Origin: Eledone cirrhosa
Lineage: Eukaryota
Assembly: GCA_964016885.1 (NCBI GenBank)
Contig: OZ024747.1
Location: forward strand, 75,764,001 to 75,828,000
Length of the DNA: 64,000 nucleotides
Direction of reading: 5' to 3'
In this document: in pieces, positions 30,023 to 43,909 of the stretch
Layout: every line of letters starts with the position of its first letter
Numbering within the stretch: position 1 is the first letter of the stretch
Notes under the pieces: model-generated
Told to the model about the DNA's origin: nothing
Seen by the model: the letters and a program-made list of their open reading frames with translations, nothing else
Databases searched by the model: none
Position numbers and translations under genes: made by a program

Positions 30023-30095
<73 letters not shown>
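29281..30095. repeat. (CAC)n/(TAC)n low-complexity tract
   Basis: Direct reading. Source of the poly-T, poly-P and poly-G ORFs. Confidence 0.92.
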
Positions 30096-30402
30096 GATAA
30101 TCACACCAACAAGAAACGACAGATAGCAGAACAATTTAATATGTGACGACTAGATAAGAGTTATTCTTCAAAAGACGGCCATATTGATGTAACTGCCAAA
30201 CAGACGATATGATATACCATAGAATATAGGTATTAAGGACATTATCATTCCACTGATTACAACAGATACAGCCATTCTTGTTCTTTTATTTTTACTGATA
30301 ATAAATTACATTCGCTCAGCCTCTTTCTATGTCTGGTGTTAATCGCTGTTTTTACCGTCCGTTTATTCCAATGTCTTTTTCTTAGTGTTTTGTGCACTCG
30401 TC

Positions 30403-30523
<121 letters not shown>

Positions 30524-30575
30524 TATGTAATACAAACCCTATGCGTATATAATTGTGTGTATATATATATATATA

Positions 30576-30670
<95 letters not shown>

Positions 30671-31050
30671 ATGTGTGTGTGTCTGTATTTGTGTGTGCGG
30701 TTGCGAGAGAGAAAGTAGCAGTTCAGCTCAGTATTTCGTAAACTTCACGTTTCATATCATTAGGGTAAACTTTGAAAATCCTTAGGGCAATTATCAAATG
30801 AGGATGCCGTATAAGAATTAGCAACCCATTACAGTGGAATTCAGTTTTTCTCAAACGGTTTATATATATTTTTATGTTCTCCAAGATGATGTTTTTCTAG
30901 CTTGCTTATTGTTTACACATATGTACAAATACACAAGCTCTTTCTTACACATAAACCGCACTCGAAATTTTCAGTAGCACGCGCACGTTTGTGCAATCAT
31001 GTAATCGCACACACATATACACACACACATATACACACACACATACACAG

Positions 31051-31188
<138 letters not shown>

Positions 31189-32355
31189 GTATGCATGTAT
31201 GTATAAATGTATGTATGTTTGTATTGGAATGTGTAAAGTCAGTTTGAAAAGCCGGTGGTTAAATTTCAGCCCCTCTTTCGATATATATATAGAGACGAAG
31301 AACTCAACATTATCAAGTTGCAAGTGGGATATGAAAGATAGCAGTATTAGTAATGTTAACACTACTTGAAACATATTGCACTTCATCAACTAATGTAACC
31401 TCTGCTCGGAATTCTGAGGTCCCTTCTAGGATGCAAATTCCTTCATTCTGACAAAATCTTTTATCACCTTTAATAAAAGGCCAACTGTCATAAACATAAA
31501 TGTATCCTAAATCTCAACAATTTGACTTTAAAGGAGAACACCAAGTACACAACACTAAACATTGATTCTAGAACAGAAGATTCTAAAACATATGTATAGG
31601 CCTTCGATGTTTAGTAGATACAGAGAGCGTAATTAAAAGAGCGTTTTTTGTGATAGACATAGAGAGGCGGAGAGTTGGGTGGTACACTCAGGTCCCAAAT
31701 AATAAGCGGGGTCTTGGGAAATCAGTAATTTTATAGTGTACGTTCGTGAATATGGGATTTCTTGTAATGTTCTTCTTTTGTCATATATAATGAAAACTCA
31801 ATACTGAAGTAAGGTTTAAATATTCATTTATTATAGCTAAGCCTTGTTACTCTGGAGTCTCACCTGCGTAATCGCCTGACAAGAATGGTGATACTGTGAG
31901 TGCGCAGGTGAAACTTTAGAGTAACAAAGCTCACCAATAGCCATAACATATGACTGTTTATATATATACAGGTGATGAATAAATTGGGTGTAATACCAGT
32001 TTCTTACCAAATGCTCGATATATTAAACCCTTAGGAAAGGGCATAGATCATAAACATTTTTTAAATTACATATATATAGTGGTGGTGGAACTGTATGTTC
32101 CCCTCCAATAATTATATGTTCTCCCCAAACTACCAAAACACTCATCTATTTGGATATGCGCTACAATTTATGTGCATGTTATGTTTATCGCATATCGAAG
32201 TTTTCTCACCATTTTAGAGTGCAAAGACCTAAATTAATCACTGCAGCTAAATTGTCCAAATTTAGGCCCCCAATTCAGAAATGCTTCCACTACCCCTGTT
32301 ATGTATTAGGCATATGTAACTACCTGCCTATCTACTCCGATCTATCCATCCACCC

Positions 32356-32407
<52 letters not shown>

Positions 32408-32446
32408 CTCTATCTATTTATCTATCTATCTATCTATCTATCTACC

Positions 32447-32545
32447 AGTCCGTCTTACTTTACTCGCCTTTTTATGTAAACTCCCCCCTTGTATTTGTCC
32501 CCTTCTTTTGCGCCCTCGTGGCAATAAATAGAAATATATCTATCT
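32447..32545 (+). mobile_element. 3'-terminal fragment of the Tx1-like LINE family, in (TATC)n
   Basis: tgtaaactccccc...gtatttgtccccttcttttgcgccctcgtggcaataaatagaaa followed by tatatctatc. Confidence 0.7.
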
Positions 32546-33869
32546 ACTAGTCCGTCTGTCTGTCTGTCTATTTACATAGGTTCATAACCATGTGTATTTA
32601 TATGTACATGTCTGTTTGTTTTTCTCCCAACCTGTTCTAGTGAATTAATACGAGTTTATTTACGTAAAGTCATGTTAGTCCAAGGAATTATCTCGCTGTT
32701 TTTTATGGTGTTATTGAGTCCAAAGATTGTCACAGCATACTAGTGGCCTGTCAGTAAGACGGAAGAATTCATGGTTTATTTTATCTCCACCATCTATATT
32801 TATATATATATTTATATACAACAAACACACTCATGAAAACATGCATGCATATATTCGCATATATATATTTCTATACAAGAAACACACTCATGAAAACATA
32901 CACGCATATATTCGCATATATACGTGCATATATGCACACATACGCGTATACAAACAGACATACATATACGCATATATACATATAAGCATACATACGTACA
33001 CACAGACTCACACACATATATGCATATATAGGTACATATATGCATACGTATGTGCACAAAAACACACATACACACACTTATACGCATACACACATATATG
33101 CATATATTCACATACACAAACACGCACATACACACACACACACTCACACACAGACACACAGCACACCCATTTATGGCTTTAATAAGAATCATTGGTGCAA
33201 AAGCAAATAACAGTTTTTTTTTCTTTCTATACCTGGAATAAATTTTCACCAGTCAATGAATGTCAGTGTTAGAAATTCAGATAGCAACATAATATTGTTG
33301 TTGAAAAATATTGAACAACGTTGAAACAATATGGTGGTTCTCGCACACACACACATACACACACACAGAGACACAGACACAGAGACACACACAGACACAC
33401 ACAGACACACACACAACGCACACACACACACATATGTGAAATAAATATCTTGTGTCTTTTGGTGAATTGGCAGAGCCGTTATAGAGGTATTTCTTCCAGC
33501 TCTCTCTGCTCCAGTTCAAATCACGGCGAGGTATATGTATACACACAAACACATACACACACACACATACACACACACATATATATGCACTTTACCGTCC
33601 TCTGTTCTTCAGGAGTGAAAAGAAACTGGGTGAATTAATGTTAGCAGAGTATTTAAACATTGTGAATTAATGGTAGCAGAGTATTTAAACATTCAAGTTA
33701 TAAGAAAACCAAGGATAGGATATTATTATTTTTTATGCATCTGTACGAATGTTTCAATGCGGCAAGAATATCGTATCCATTTGTGGAGAAACTGGAATTT
33801 ACCAGTTAACAATTAACACCCTTATATGTGCTTTATCCTAACAGTATCTCTTCAGGAAATATCTAGAAT

Positions 33870-34505
33870 AAAATATCAATAAATTAATATCATAAGACAA
33901 ATATTATGATAAAGAGAGGATTCAAAGTATGAAGGCAGTTAATATTTCAGATGCAAATTTAGCGTAAGCTTGTACGAGATTTTCAAACATGCCAAAGTAC
34001 ATGATGTCACTTAAGTTAAAATAAATATAAAATTAGCTGACAGGAATTACGGAAAATTTAAGGATATTGCTCGTGATTTACTGTTGTTTCATTCCACGAT
34101 CTCCAATATTATTAAGAATAGGGTAAGAATTTTGGACGCAGAAAAATGGTCTACCACCGTGCTCTCCACGTTAATAGAAAAAGTAGAAAAAAAAAAAGTT
34201 GTTGATGCTTTGAATGGAGAGCTGCAAACAAAAGCGTTTATCCATATACCTATTAACAATTCAGCCAAAAGCTCGAGATAGTTTCTAAACTTTGAAGTAA
34301 CAAATATTATACGGAAGTCATCCAAACTAGTAATGGATGGTTTGATCGTTTGAAAAAGAAAATAGATCTGCATAATACCCGAGCAACGAGATGTAGTGAG
34401 TGGAGATGTTGTAGTAGTTGCTGTGTCGTTTATTGAAACATTCGATAATCTAATCAAAGGAAAAGGATATTTAGCAGAAAATATTTTCAGCATAGACGTG
34501 ACTGA
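33870..34505 (+). pseudogene. Tigger/pogo-like (CENP-B family) transposase remnant
   Basis: STISNIIKN, SNGWFDRLKKK..LHN and GYLAENIFSIDVT (compare GY.PEQIFN.DET). Confidence 0.7.
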
Positions 34506-34676
34506 TAGGATGAGGAGGCCTGAAAAAACATACATATAGAATGTACGAGCTAAGTAATACAGTGTATAGGAGTAATGGATATAAAACACCCACCCCCAGG
34601 TCATAAGAGTAGGTTTTCCAGTTACATCCATATCAATATACAGCATAGAAAGGAATCCTGTCTTAAGTCGTGGAGT

Positions 34677-34745
<69 letters not shown>

Positions 34746-34828
34746 AAAGTAAAACACAAAGACAATAACACAGAGTGCAGTACGAAAAGTGTTGGTATTA
34801 GCTTCACGCTTGAGAGTGGCGGGTGGGA

Positions 34829-34859
34829 GACGAGGTTTCGGGTATAAGCCCTTCATCGG
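34829..34859 (-). ncRNA. Hammerhead-like core lacking helix I, family G
   Basis: CCGATGA-a-gggc ttat accc-GAAA-cctcg-TC. Homologue at 51436-51466. Confidence 0.4.
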
Positions 34860-35106
34860 GAGAAAGGTGGGAAGGAAAAGAGTTCTGAGAGGGTGTGAGG
34901 GGGGAGGGGGCAGTGGTGCAAAGAAATTAAAAAAAGGGGGGAAAATTAATGAAGGAATATATATATATATGTATATATGTAAAAGGTAAACAGAAATAAC
35001 AACACAATCGGTACAGTATATGGAAGGAATATATTAGGTTAACGCTTGAAATAGCAGGAAGAGGGTCACAGTCCATTTTGCATTGTTTAGCTTTCTATCT
35101 CTTTCA

Positions 35107-35166
<60 letters not shown>

Positions 35167-35170
<4 letters not shown>

Positions 35171-35358
35171 AACCAGTAAGACCCCGACAGCTGAGCTCAA
35201 GCCGTTTCGACGGCTAATTCAGTCCAGAATTAGCCGTCGAAACGGCTTGAGCTCAGCTGTCGGGGTCTTACTGGTTCCTATTACCCACTCTACTACCTCA
35301 AGTATTGAGTACTTTGGTGCGTTATGGTCCACCTGGTTCCTTACCACATTTCCTTCGT

Positions 35359-35360
<2 letters not shown>
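35167..35360 (+). mobile_element. Fold-back element, family B
   Basis: Inverted repeat 35167-35281 centred near agtcca (about 35223). Confidence 0.8.
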
Positions 35361-35389
<29 letters not shown>

Positions 35390-35753
35390 TATATATATAT
35401 GTACATATATTTATTCACGTCACTGAAGAAAGGACCAGTTTAAAAGTACCCTCTCCATTATACAGTGCTGGCCATGACTTTTCCCCCAAACCAATAGTAC
35501 CATATTAAGTGTATGAAATTTTGTTGATACTAAATAAGATCTCTTCCAACAGATTGAGCACTGTTTTCCTTGATCTTTCATCTATGGTTTTCTGCCAACG
35601 TATATATATATATATATATGCAGAGGTTATATTTAATTTGTTGGGATTCAACAAGCTTAAACATTTTTATAACTGATATAAAGCACTCAACAAGTTAGTG
35701 GAGTAAATATACAATATATTAATAAATGGAAACTATATTTATAAAACCATCAT

Positions 35754-35819
35754 TATTTTATTAAATATATTTCAAGGGCGACCAAGGTAAATTATGGTGC
35801 GCTTTCATCAGATAAAATA
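35754..35819 (-). ncRNA. Type I hammerhead, family A
   Basis: Mirror of 35927-35992 with one change in helix III. Confidence 0.7.
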
Positions 35820-35926
35820 CAGATTTGTTTTATAAATAAATATTGACATACCCGGAAAAAAGACAACCTCAACGGTTGAAATTCGCTTTTTCTGGGTAGT
35901 CAATATTTATTTATAAAACAAATCTG

Positions 35927-35992
35927 TATTTTATCTGATGAAAGCGCACCATAATTTACCTTGGTCGCCCTTGAAATATATATAATAAAATA
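35927..35992 (+). ncRNA. Type I hammerhead, family A
   Basis: tattttat-CTGATGA-stem II-GAAA-tatata-TA-ataaaata. Perfect helix I and palindrome ATATATAT. Confidence 0.8.
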
Positions 35993-36030
35993 ATTATGGT
36001 TTTATAAATATAGTTTCTATTTATTAATAT

Positions 36031-36123
<93 letters not shown>

Positions 36124-36233
36124 TTATATTTATATTTATATTTATATATATATATAAATGTATATGTGCGTGTGTGTCTGTGTGTGTGTGTGCGTGTGTG
36201 CATGAGTGTATGTGTGCATGTGTGCATGTGTGC

Positions 36234-36306
<73 letters not shown>

Positions 36307-37145
36307 ATAGCATAACGAGTTTAACTGCAAATATAGGTAGATGAACAAGGATAAGAAAGATGAAATATTCACTGTAAGCAATCTAGTGGAAAATTTTTAC
36401 TGGGTCCCAAGTGTATAGAACATAGGTAAGATTGCATTACTGGGTACTAAATAGACATACAGAAGGTTCTACACCATCTTACAATATTAGCAAGATATGT
36501 TTTGTTATCTTAGATATCAACTAAAAATAAATAGACAAAAATGGCAAACCAACGTGAGATCCTTTACCTTTTTGATCAAATAATAGCTAAATCTTCCTCA
36601 AACCATACACTAATCGGTAAAATCGGGTACGACACGTTAGATAATAAAATTCTAGATGTCATGACTTTAAACAATGTAATATTGTGGTGGCTTTGCAGTA
36701 TGAAATGTCACAGTCCTTTATTCTAGAATTCCATCCTCCTGGAATTCTTTCTCTGTACATATCTTACTTGTGGGTGTCTACTTACAATAGTTTATACTGA
36801 ACATCAACAGATACATTCTCATCAGTCTCAGAGAACATACAAAAGTTATGGGCACTGTGCCTTCTTACAGACCTAGCAAATAATTAAATAAAAAATAAAA
36901 ATCATAACACACCACCAATACAATACAACCTTAACCACAGCTACACCACACCATTGCTAACCAACGCACCATCACAACCACTCCCAACACCAACAACACC
37001 GCCACCACTACCACCAACACGATCATAACCACCACCACTGCCACCACCACCACTAGAATACCACCACCACCACCACCACTACAATACCATCACCACCACT
37101 ACTATATCCCCACCACCACCACCACCACCACCACCAGAGAGAGAG

Positions 37146-37233
<88 letters not shown>

Positions 37234-37496
37234 AGAGCGAGGTGGAGGAGGAGGAGGAGGAGGAGATAAAGAGTGAAAGATAAATACATAACTATATAGA
37301 GAACATTTGTTATGAAAACAGAAGATCATCTAAAGAAAAGAGAGAGAAAAAGGAGACCGAATGATAAATAAAACCGAATGATTAATAGAAAGACAGGTAA
37401 ATGAGAGAATATAAGGTGAAGCAGAGTGTGAGGAACAGAGAGTAGTTACATTACAATGAGAGAAGGGGAGGATATACGTGTCATACATACAAACAT

Positions 37497-37770
37497 TATA
37501 TAGTAAAGAGTTACGGCGCTTTATGATCTGAGTTCAAATCCCACCGAGGTTAACTTTGCCTTTCATCCTTACGGGGCTGATAAAATAAAGTACCAGTAAT
37601 ACACTGGATAATTGCTGGCCTTGTACCAAAAGTAGAAACACTTATATAGTAAAGAGTTACGGCGCTTTATGATCTGAGTTCAAATCCCGTCGAGGTTAAC
37701 TTTGCCTTTCATCCTTACGGGATCGATAAAATAAAGTACCAGTAGAAACAAAAGTAGAAACATTTATATA
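37497..37770 (+). mobile_element. Tandem pair of truncated tRNA-derived SINEs
   Basis: tatatagtaaagagttacggcgctttatgatctgagttcaaatccc occurs twice, about 146 bp apart. Confidence 0.8.
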
Positions 37771-38015
37771 GTATAATTATGTATGCAAGTGCATATATAT
37801 ATACATATATACAAATATATACACATGCGTAAGTGTGTCTATATAATTTCTTGTCTGTTTTCTTGTGTTTATGTATGGGTGTATGGAGTGTATGTTGTGT
37901 TTATGTAAGAGTGTATGGTGTTTGATTAAATAATTCACTTACTATATTCTACATATTGGCGAAGCCATTGCATTTTCAGTTGTTAAATTAAGAAATGTAT
38001 ATATATACAAACATT

Positions 38016-38048
<33 letters not shown>

Positions 38049-38051
<3 letters not shown>

Positions 38052-38995
38052 GATAAATCTACCAAGAGTTTACGGTAGTGTCCAATCCGTATGAAGAACT
38101 CAATGTATTCCGGATATCATGGAAAGAAGAGATGTAATGAAAATCCACTTTCGGTGAAAGATAAACGGTATACAGAGTCAAGATAAAATATTAAACAAAT
38201 AATGAATAAACAATTCCTTATATTAAACAAAAAAAAAAAAAAAAAAAAAAACTTTTTCTTAATTTATAGATACATTTATATTAGGCAGTCTGCTCAGACA
38301 ATTGAATACTGACCCCTCCCCCCCCCTCCCACCTAATTTCTGTATCTTGATCTTGAAATGTGTGTGCCAGTGTTTTATGTGAGTGATTTAATTTCCATGT
38401 GCTTATGATTTTATATCCACATATATAAATGTGAGTGGGGGTGTGTGTGTGTTTGTATGTTCGTGGTTATGTGTATATTTATGCATATACGCGCATGTAT
38501 GTGTGATTATACTGATATGTGTGAGTATGAAAAAATATATTTATATGCTTGACTCCATAAGTATCAATGCGCATCTTATCAGCGCATTTTAAGCTTACAG
38601 AGATATTAACCTTGAAATTTTGTGTTTGCATCCATCTTTTTAGTATGCGTATACAAGTTATACATACATTTTTGTAAAATATGTGTAAGGATTTTACATG
38701 TATATACACACACCGAACTGCTTTTAACCCTTTGTGTTTTCATTGGTCAATTTTGAACTGATATTTTGAATTGTTGTTATTATCAATAAATATACTTCAT
38801 TATTTCTGAAGACGGCGTATATATGTGTTAGGTATGTATATTTAATCTTGATAATTTGTATAATTTTGTATAATTTTGTACATAGATCTGTTGAATATGC
38901 ATACCAATTATAACACATATATACCCTAGAAACGATCGTTAAATAATGAACTTTTTTTGTTTAATATAAGGAATTGTTTATTCATTATTTGTTTA

Positions 38996-39003
<8 letters not shown>
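38049..39003 (+). mobile_element. Family D element with an inverted end (38184-38230 and 38952-39003) and an internal HHR
   Basis: Inverted terminal segment. Nested inside a second inverted pair (37933-37996 and 39035-39098). Confidence 0.75.
38796..38950 (+). ncRNA. Type I hammerhead with a greatly extended helix II
   Basis: ttcattattt-CTGAAGA(38806-38812)-hairpin of about 116 nt-GAAA(38929-38932)-cgatcg-TT-aaataatgaa. Helix I is 10 bp, palindrome ACGATCGT. Confidence 0.8.
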
Positions 39004-39038
<35 letters not shown>

Positions 39039-39203
39039 CTTAATATAACAACTGAAAATGCAATGGCTTCGCCAATATGTAGAATATAGTAAGTGAATAT
39101 ATTTCAAACTCCATATATATATATATATATACACACATACATATATATATATTTATATAAATATATATATATAAATATGTTTATATATATATATATATAT
39201 GTT

Positions 39204-39237
<34 letters not shown>

Positions 39238-39345
39238 AATATATAATATACATATATGTAGTATATGTAGATATATATACATATGTGTATTTCTATATAC
39301 ATGTATATACAGACATAACACAAACATACATATATTCATACCCAC

Positions 39346-39435
<90 letters not shown>

Positions 39436-39843
39436 ATACATACATCCTATTTTCCTTCATTCACTATTTTCCTTCCGTCCTTTTTCAATTCTTTAAAATA
39501 GTGCAACGCTCCAAACACCGTTTCAGATGAGCCTCACTTTAGAATCAGAATCCGTCTAATGAAAGTCTGTTAACGCTTCGTTGAGCGGAACTGTTCATGT
39601 AAAAACTAGAGAAAATCGTAAGAAATATACATAACAAAACAAAATAGACAAAAAAAGTGAAAGAGCCAACAGCTGTACTTCTCCTTGTGTCAATAAACGA
39701 CAGTAACATATGTTAGAGCCTCGCTAACAGAATGTAAGACACCTCAGATGTAGCAAAGAAGCAGATTGTGGATGTATGTATGTACGTATGTGATTGTACA
39801 TATATATATATATATATATATAAATATGTATATGTTTATATAT

Positions 39844-39952
<109 letters not shown>

Positions 39953-40001
39953 AATATATATATATATGTAAATATATATATATATATGTAAATATATATA
40001 T

Positions 40002-40033
<32 letters not shown>

Positions 40034-40059
40034 TTACATATATATATATATATATTTAC

Positions 40060-40114
<55 letters not shown>

Positions 40115-40537
40115 CGTGTGTGTGTGTGTGTGTATATGTATGTATTATATATATATATATATATATATTCATACGCGTGTGTATGTGAGTGTACTTATAT
40201 AAATATGTATATGGATATATATATATGGATATATACATAAGCCGATGGATTTGGTAAAGTCTTTAGAGAGTTGGAGATATTTTCCGAGTTTGTGTAATCT
40301 GAGATCGAATCCCACCGAGGACTACTTTGCCGTTTATCTTTTCAATCTAGATAAGGGACACATTACTGGTAAAGCCGTCTCTCCTTCTAGCTGTCACATT
40401 GTGGATATTTCACCGGATTAATGGAGGCGGTGTCAAGGGAGTGTCAATGGAAGCTCTTGCGTACATACGACCAAGTGATATTTTATTTGAAGTTGCAACG
40501 GATGTTTTACACACACACACAGATACACACATACACA

Positions 40538-40571
<34 letters not shown>

Positions 40572-40865
40572 TACTCACACACACACAGGCACAGACACAC
40601 ACACACTCACAGACACATACTCACACACACCCACACACACATACTCACACACACCCAGACACACAGACACACACACACATACTCACACACACACATATAC
40701 ACACACACACACACACATACACACACACATACTCACACACACACACATACACACACACACACACACACACATACTCACACACACACACATACACAAACAC
40801 ACACACACACAAATACTCACACACACACACACACAGACACACACACTCACACACTCACAAATAAT

Positions 40866-41060
40866 TGGTTCTACTTTTTGGCACAAGGCCAGCAATTATT
40901 CCAGTGAATTACTGGTACTCTATTTTATCGACCCCGTAAGGATGAAAGGCAAAGTTAACCTCGGTGGGATTTGAACTCAGAATGGCAAGGGCCGTAACTC
41001 TATGCGTCAAAGCATGGCGTCCGACCCTCTACCTATACTGCTAATCCACTGCCCTCACAA
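40866..41060 (-). mobile_element. tRNA-derived SINE
   Basis: B box gagttcaaatccc. Same family as 49798-49978. Confidence 0.85.
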
Positions 41061-41164
41061 TCCACCAATCCACTGCCAATCCACCACACTCCACACACAC
41101 AAATAATACAGGAAAATTCCACTACTCAATGATGATACATTATTACTTCTTCGGTTGAATAAGT

Positions 41165-41198
41165 ATTAACAATTCGGACGATAGTCCTTCGTCAGAAT
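41165..41198 (-). ncRNA. Degenerate hammerhead motif
   Basis: att-CTGACGA-a-ggac tatc gtcc-GAAT-tg-TT-aat. Confidence 0.35.
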
Positions 41199-41207
41199 GT
41201 AGTATGA

Positions 41208-41275
<68 letters not shown>

Positions 41276-41618
41276 GTTCAGGAAAGAGTGGACGTATAAA
41301 GAAACATAGAAAAGTGTGGAGGGGGGGGGGGGAGAAATCACGTGTTGTAGTTCGTAATCCTACGTACATAAATACATTCACACACACATACACATATATA
41401 TGTACATATATGAAAGTGTGTGTGTAAGTGTGTAGATATATAGATATATGTGTGTGTATGTACGTATGAATATATATACACAAATGCGGGAAATACATAT
41501 ATACGAACACCTACACTAACGAAGGTACAGACTCTCACATTCAAACACTCTCACAAACACACATCTCCGCACACACTCACACACACACACACACATACAC
41601 ACACACACACACACACAC

Positions 41619-42348
<730 letters not shown>

Positions 42349-42449
42349 CATTATTCCGGGTTGAATCGGAGGTAACCACAGTAAGTAGAATCTCATCTAT
42401 ATTAAAACTATATATATATACATATATATCTATATATCTATATATATAT

Positions 42450-42531
<82 letters not shown>

Positions 42532-42604
42532 TATATAATATATATATACATATATATATATATCTATATCTATATATATATACATATATATATACATATT
42601 GGAG

Positions 42605-42800
42605 ACTACTGCAGCAATTGTCAAAACTGAATTTTCTATCTTCGTTACCGAAATATAATTATGAAAGAATGGAGTTTGTCATATTGGATCAATCTCACAG
42701 CCCCAATTGTATTAAACAATTGTGATAGGTTGTGCAGTGAATTTAACAATCTTATTAGAAAGAAAATGAGAACGTAGGTGTACCTACAATATTGTTACAA
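42605..42800 (+). pseudogene. Possible degenerate THAP domain (DNA transposon remnant)
   Basis: KEW...DRLCSEF followed in another frame by GVPTIL (compare THAP RLCSxHF...AVPTIF). Confidence 0.35.
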
Positions 42801-43238
42801 AAGTAGGTGTAAAATTGGAGAATTTTAAAAGACACTAAACAATAAAGTTAATTACTGGAAAAACATTTACATATTTTTTTTAGTATAGATGACAAATATT
42901 ATTTATGAGACCCAAATATAGATGTTGTTTCAGTGCAGCATTAACAGGTGTAGCTCAAATAATATTTAAATTGAAAACAATATATACATAAAATATATTT
43001 CAATCAACTTGTGGTGCATTTTTAGTAAGAATATATTTTACAACTATAATGACACACACACACACACACACACATGCATATATATATATATATACAAATG
43101 AATATATGATAAACACTAATACAGTATTTATCATATATTCATTTGTATTATCATATATCATATATTCATTTGTATTACACGGCTCAGAAATATCTCTTTC
43201 TTTGAGCTATTTAATTGTAAAAGAGTGTTTGAGTTTAT

Positions 43239-43334
<96 letters not shown>

Positions 43335-43452
43335 GTTTGAATATGTGTAATAAGGCCAAGACAATGCAGGTATGGACATAGAAAAAAAAAAGAATACAAT
43401 AGTGAAAGATATTGATGTGAATTCGTCTTTCACCTTGAATTTATTTAAATGT

Positions 43453-43487
43453 CCTTAATTTTCGAGATAATATCTCTTCTTCGGAGG
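43453..43487 (-). ncRNA. Minimal hammerhead variant in the Penelope terminal repeat
   Basis: cct-CCGAAGA-a-gagat att atctc-GAAA-at-TA-agg. Confidence 0.5.
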
Positions 43488-43909
43488 GAAGTAAAGGTCT
43501 CAAACCAGCGTCTTTAAATCTCTAGCCAAGCCATGCTGACCGGAAATAGTATAGAGTATCTGTTCTAACTCTAACATCAAAGAATTAAAATTAGGTGGAT
43601 AAAGAGTAGTCTCCCTTTAAGAGGGGTTTGTTTAGGTTTTTTTTTATTTTTTTTTTATTTTTTTTAAATTTTAATTTTATATACGTGCCTGTATATGTGT
43701 GTGGGAGAATGCATGAAGGTGTAGGTATGTGGGTGTGTGTGTGTGAGTGTGGGAAGATAGGTCTAATCGTAAAAGTGGGGGGTAGGTGTTATCTGGTGTT
43801 AGAACTGGTTTTGTGTGTGTATGTGTGAGAGAGAATAAGTGGAGGTGTAAGCGTGTGTGTGTGTGCGTGCGTGTGTGTGGGGTGTGTAAAAATGGGGCTA
43901 GAGGCCCTA

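Larger units (their letters stand above)
35711..36034. mobile_element. Fold-back element, family A, with an HHR on both strands
   Basis: Arms of about 150 bp, centre near 35874. Confidence 0.88.

Noticed and set aside
28872-30146. 424-aa Thr-rich ORF and overlapping Pro-rich and Gly-rich ORFs (mucin-like or extensin-like)
   Set aside because: Open frames arise from (CT)n, (CAC)n and (TAC)n repeats, with no domain signal.
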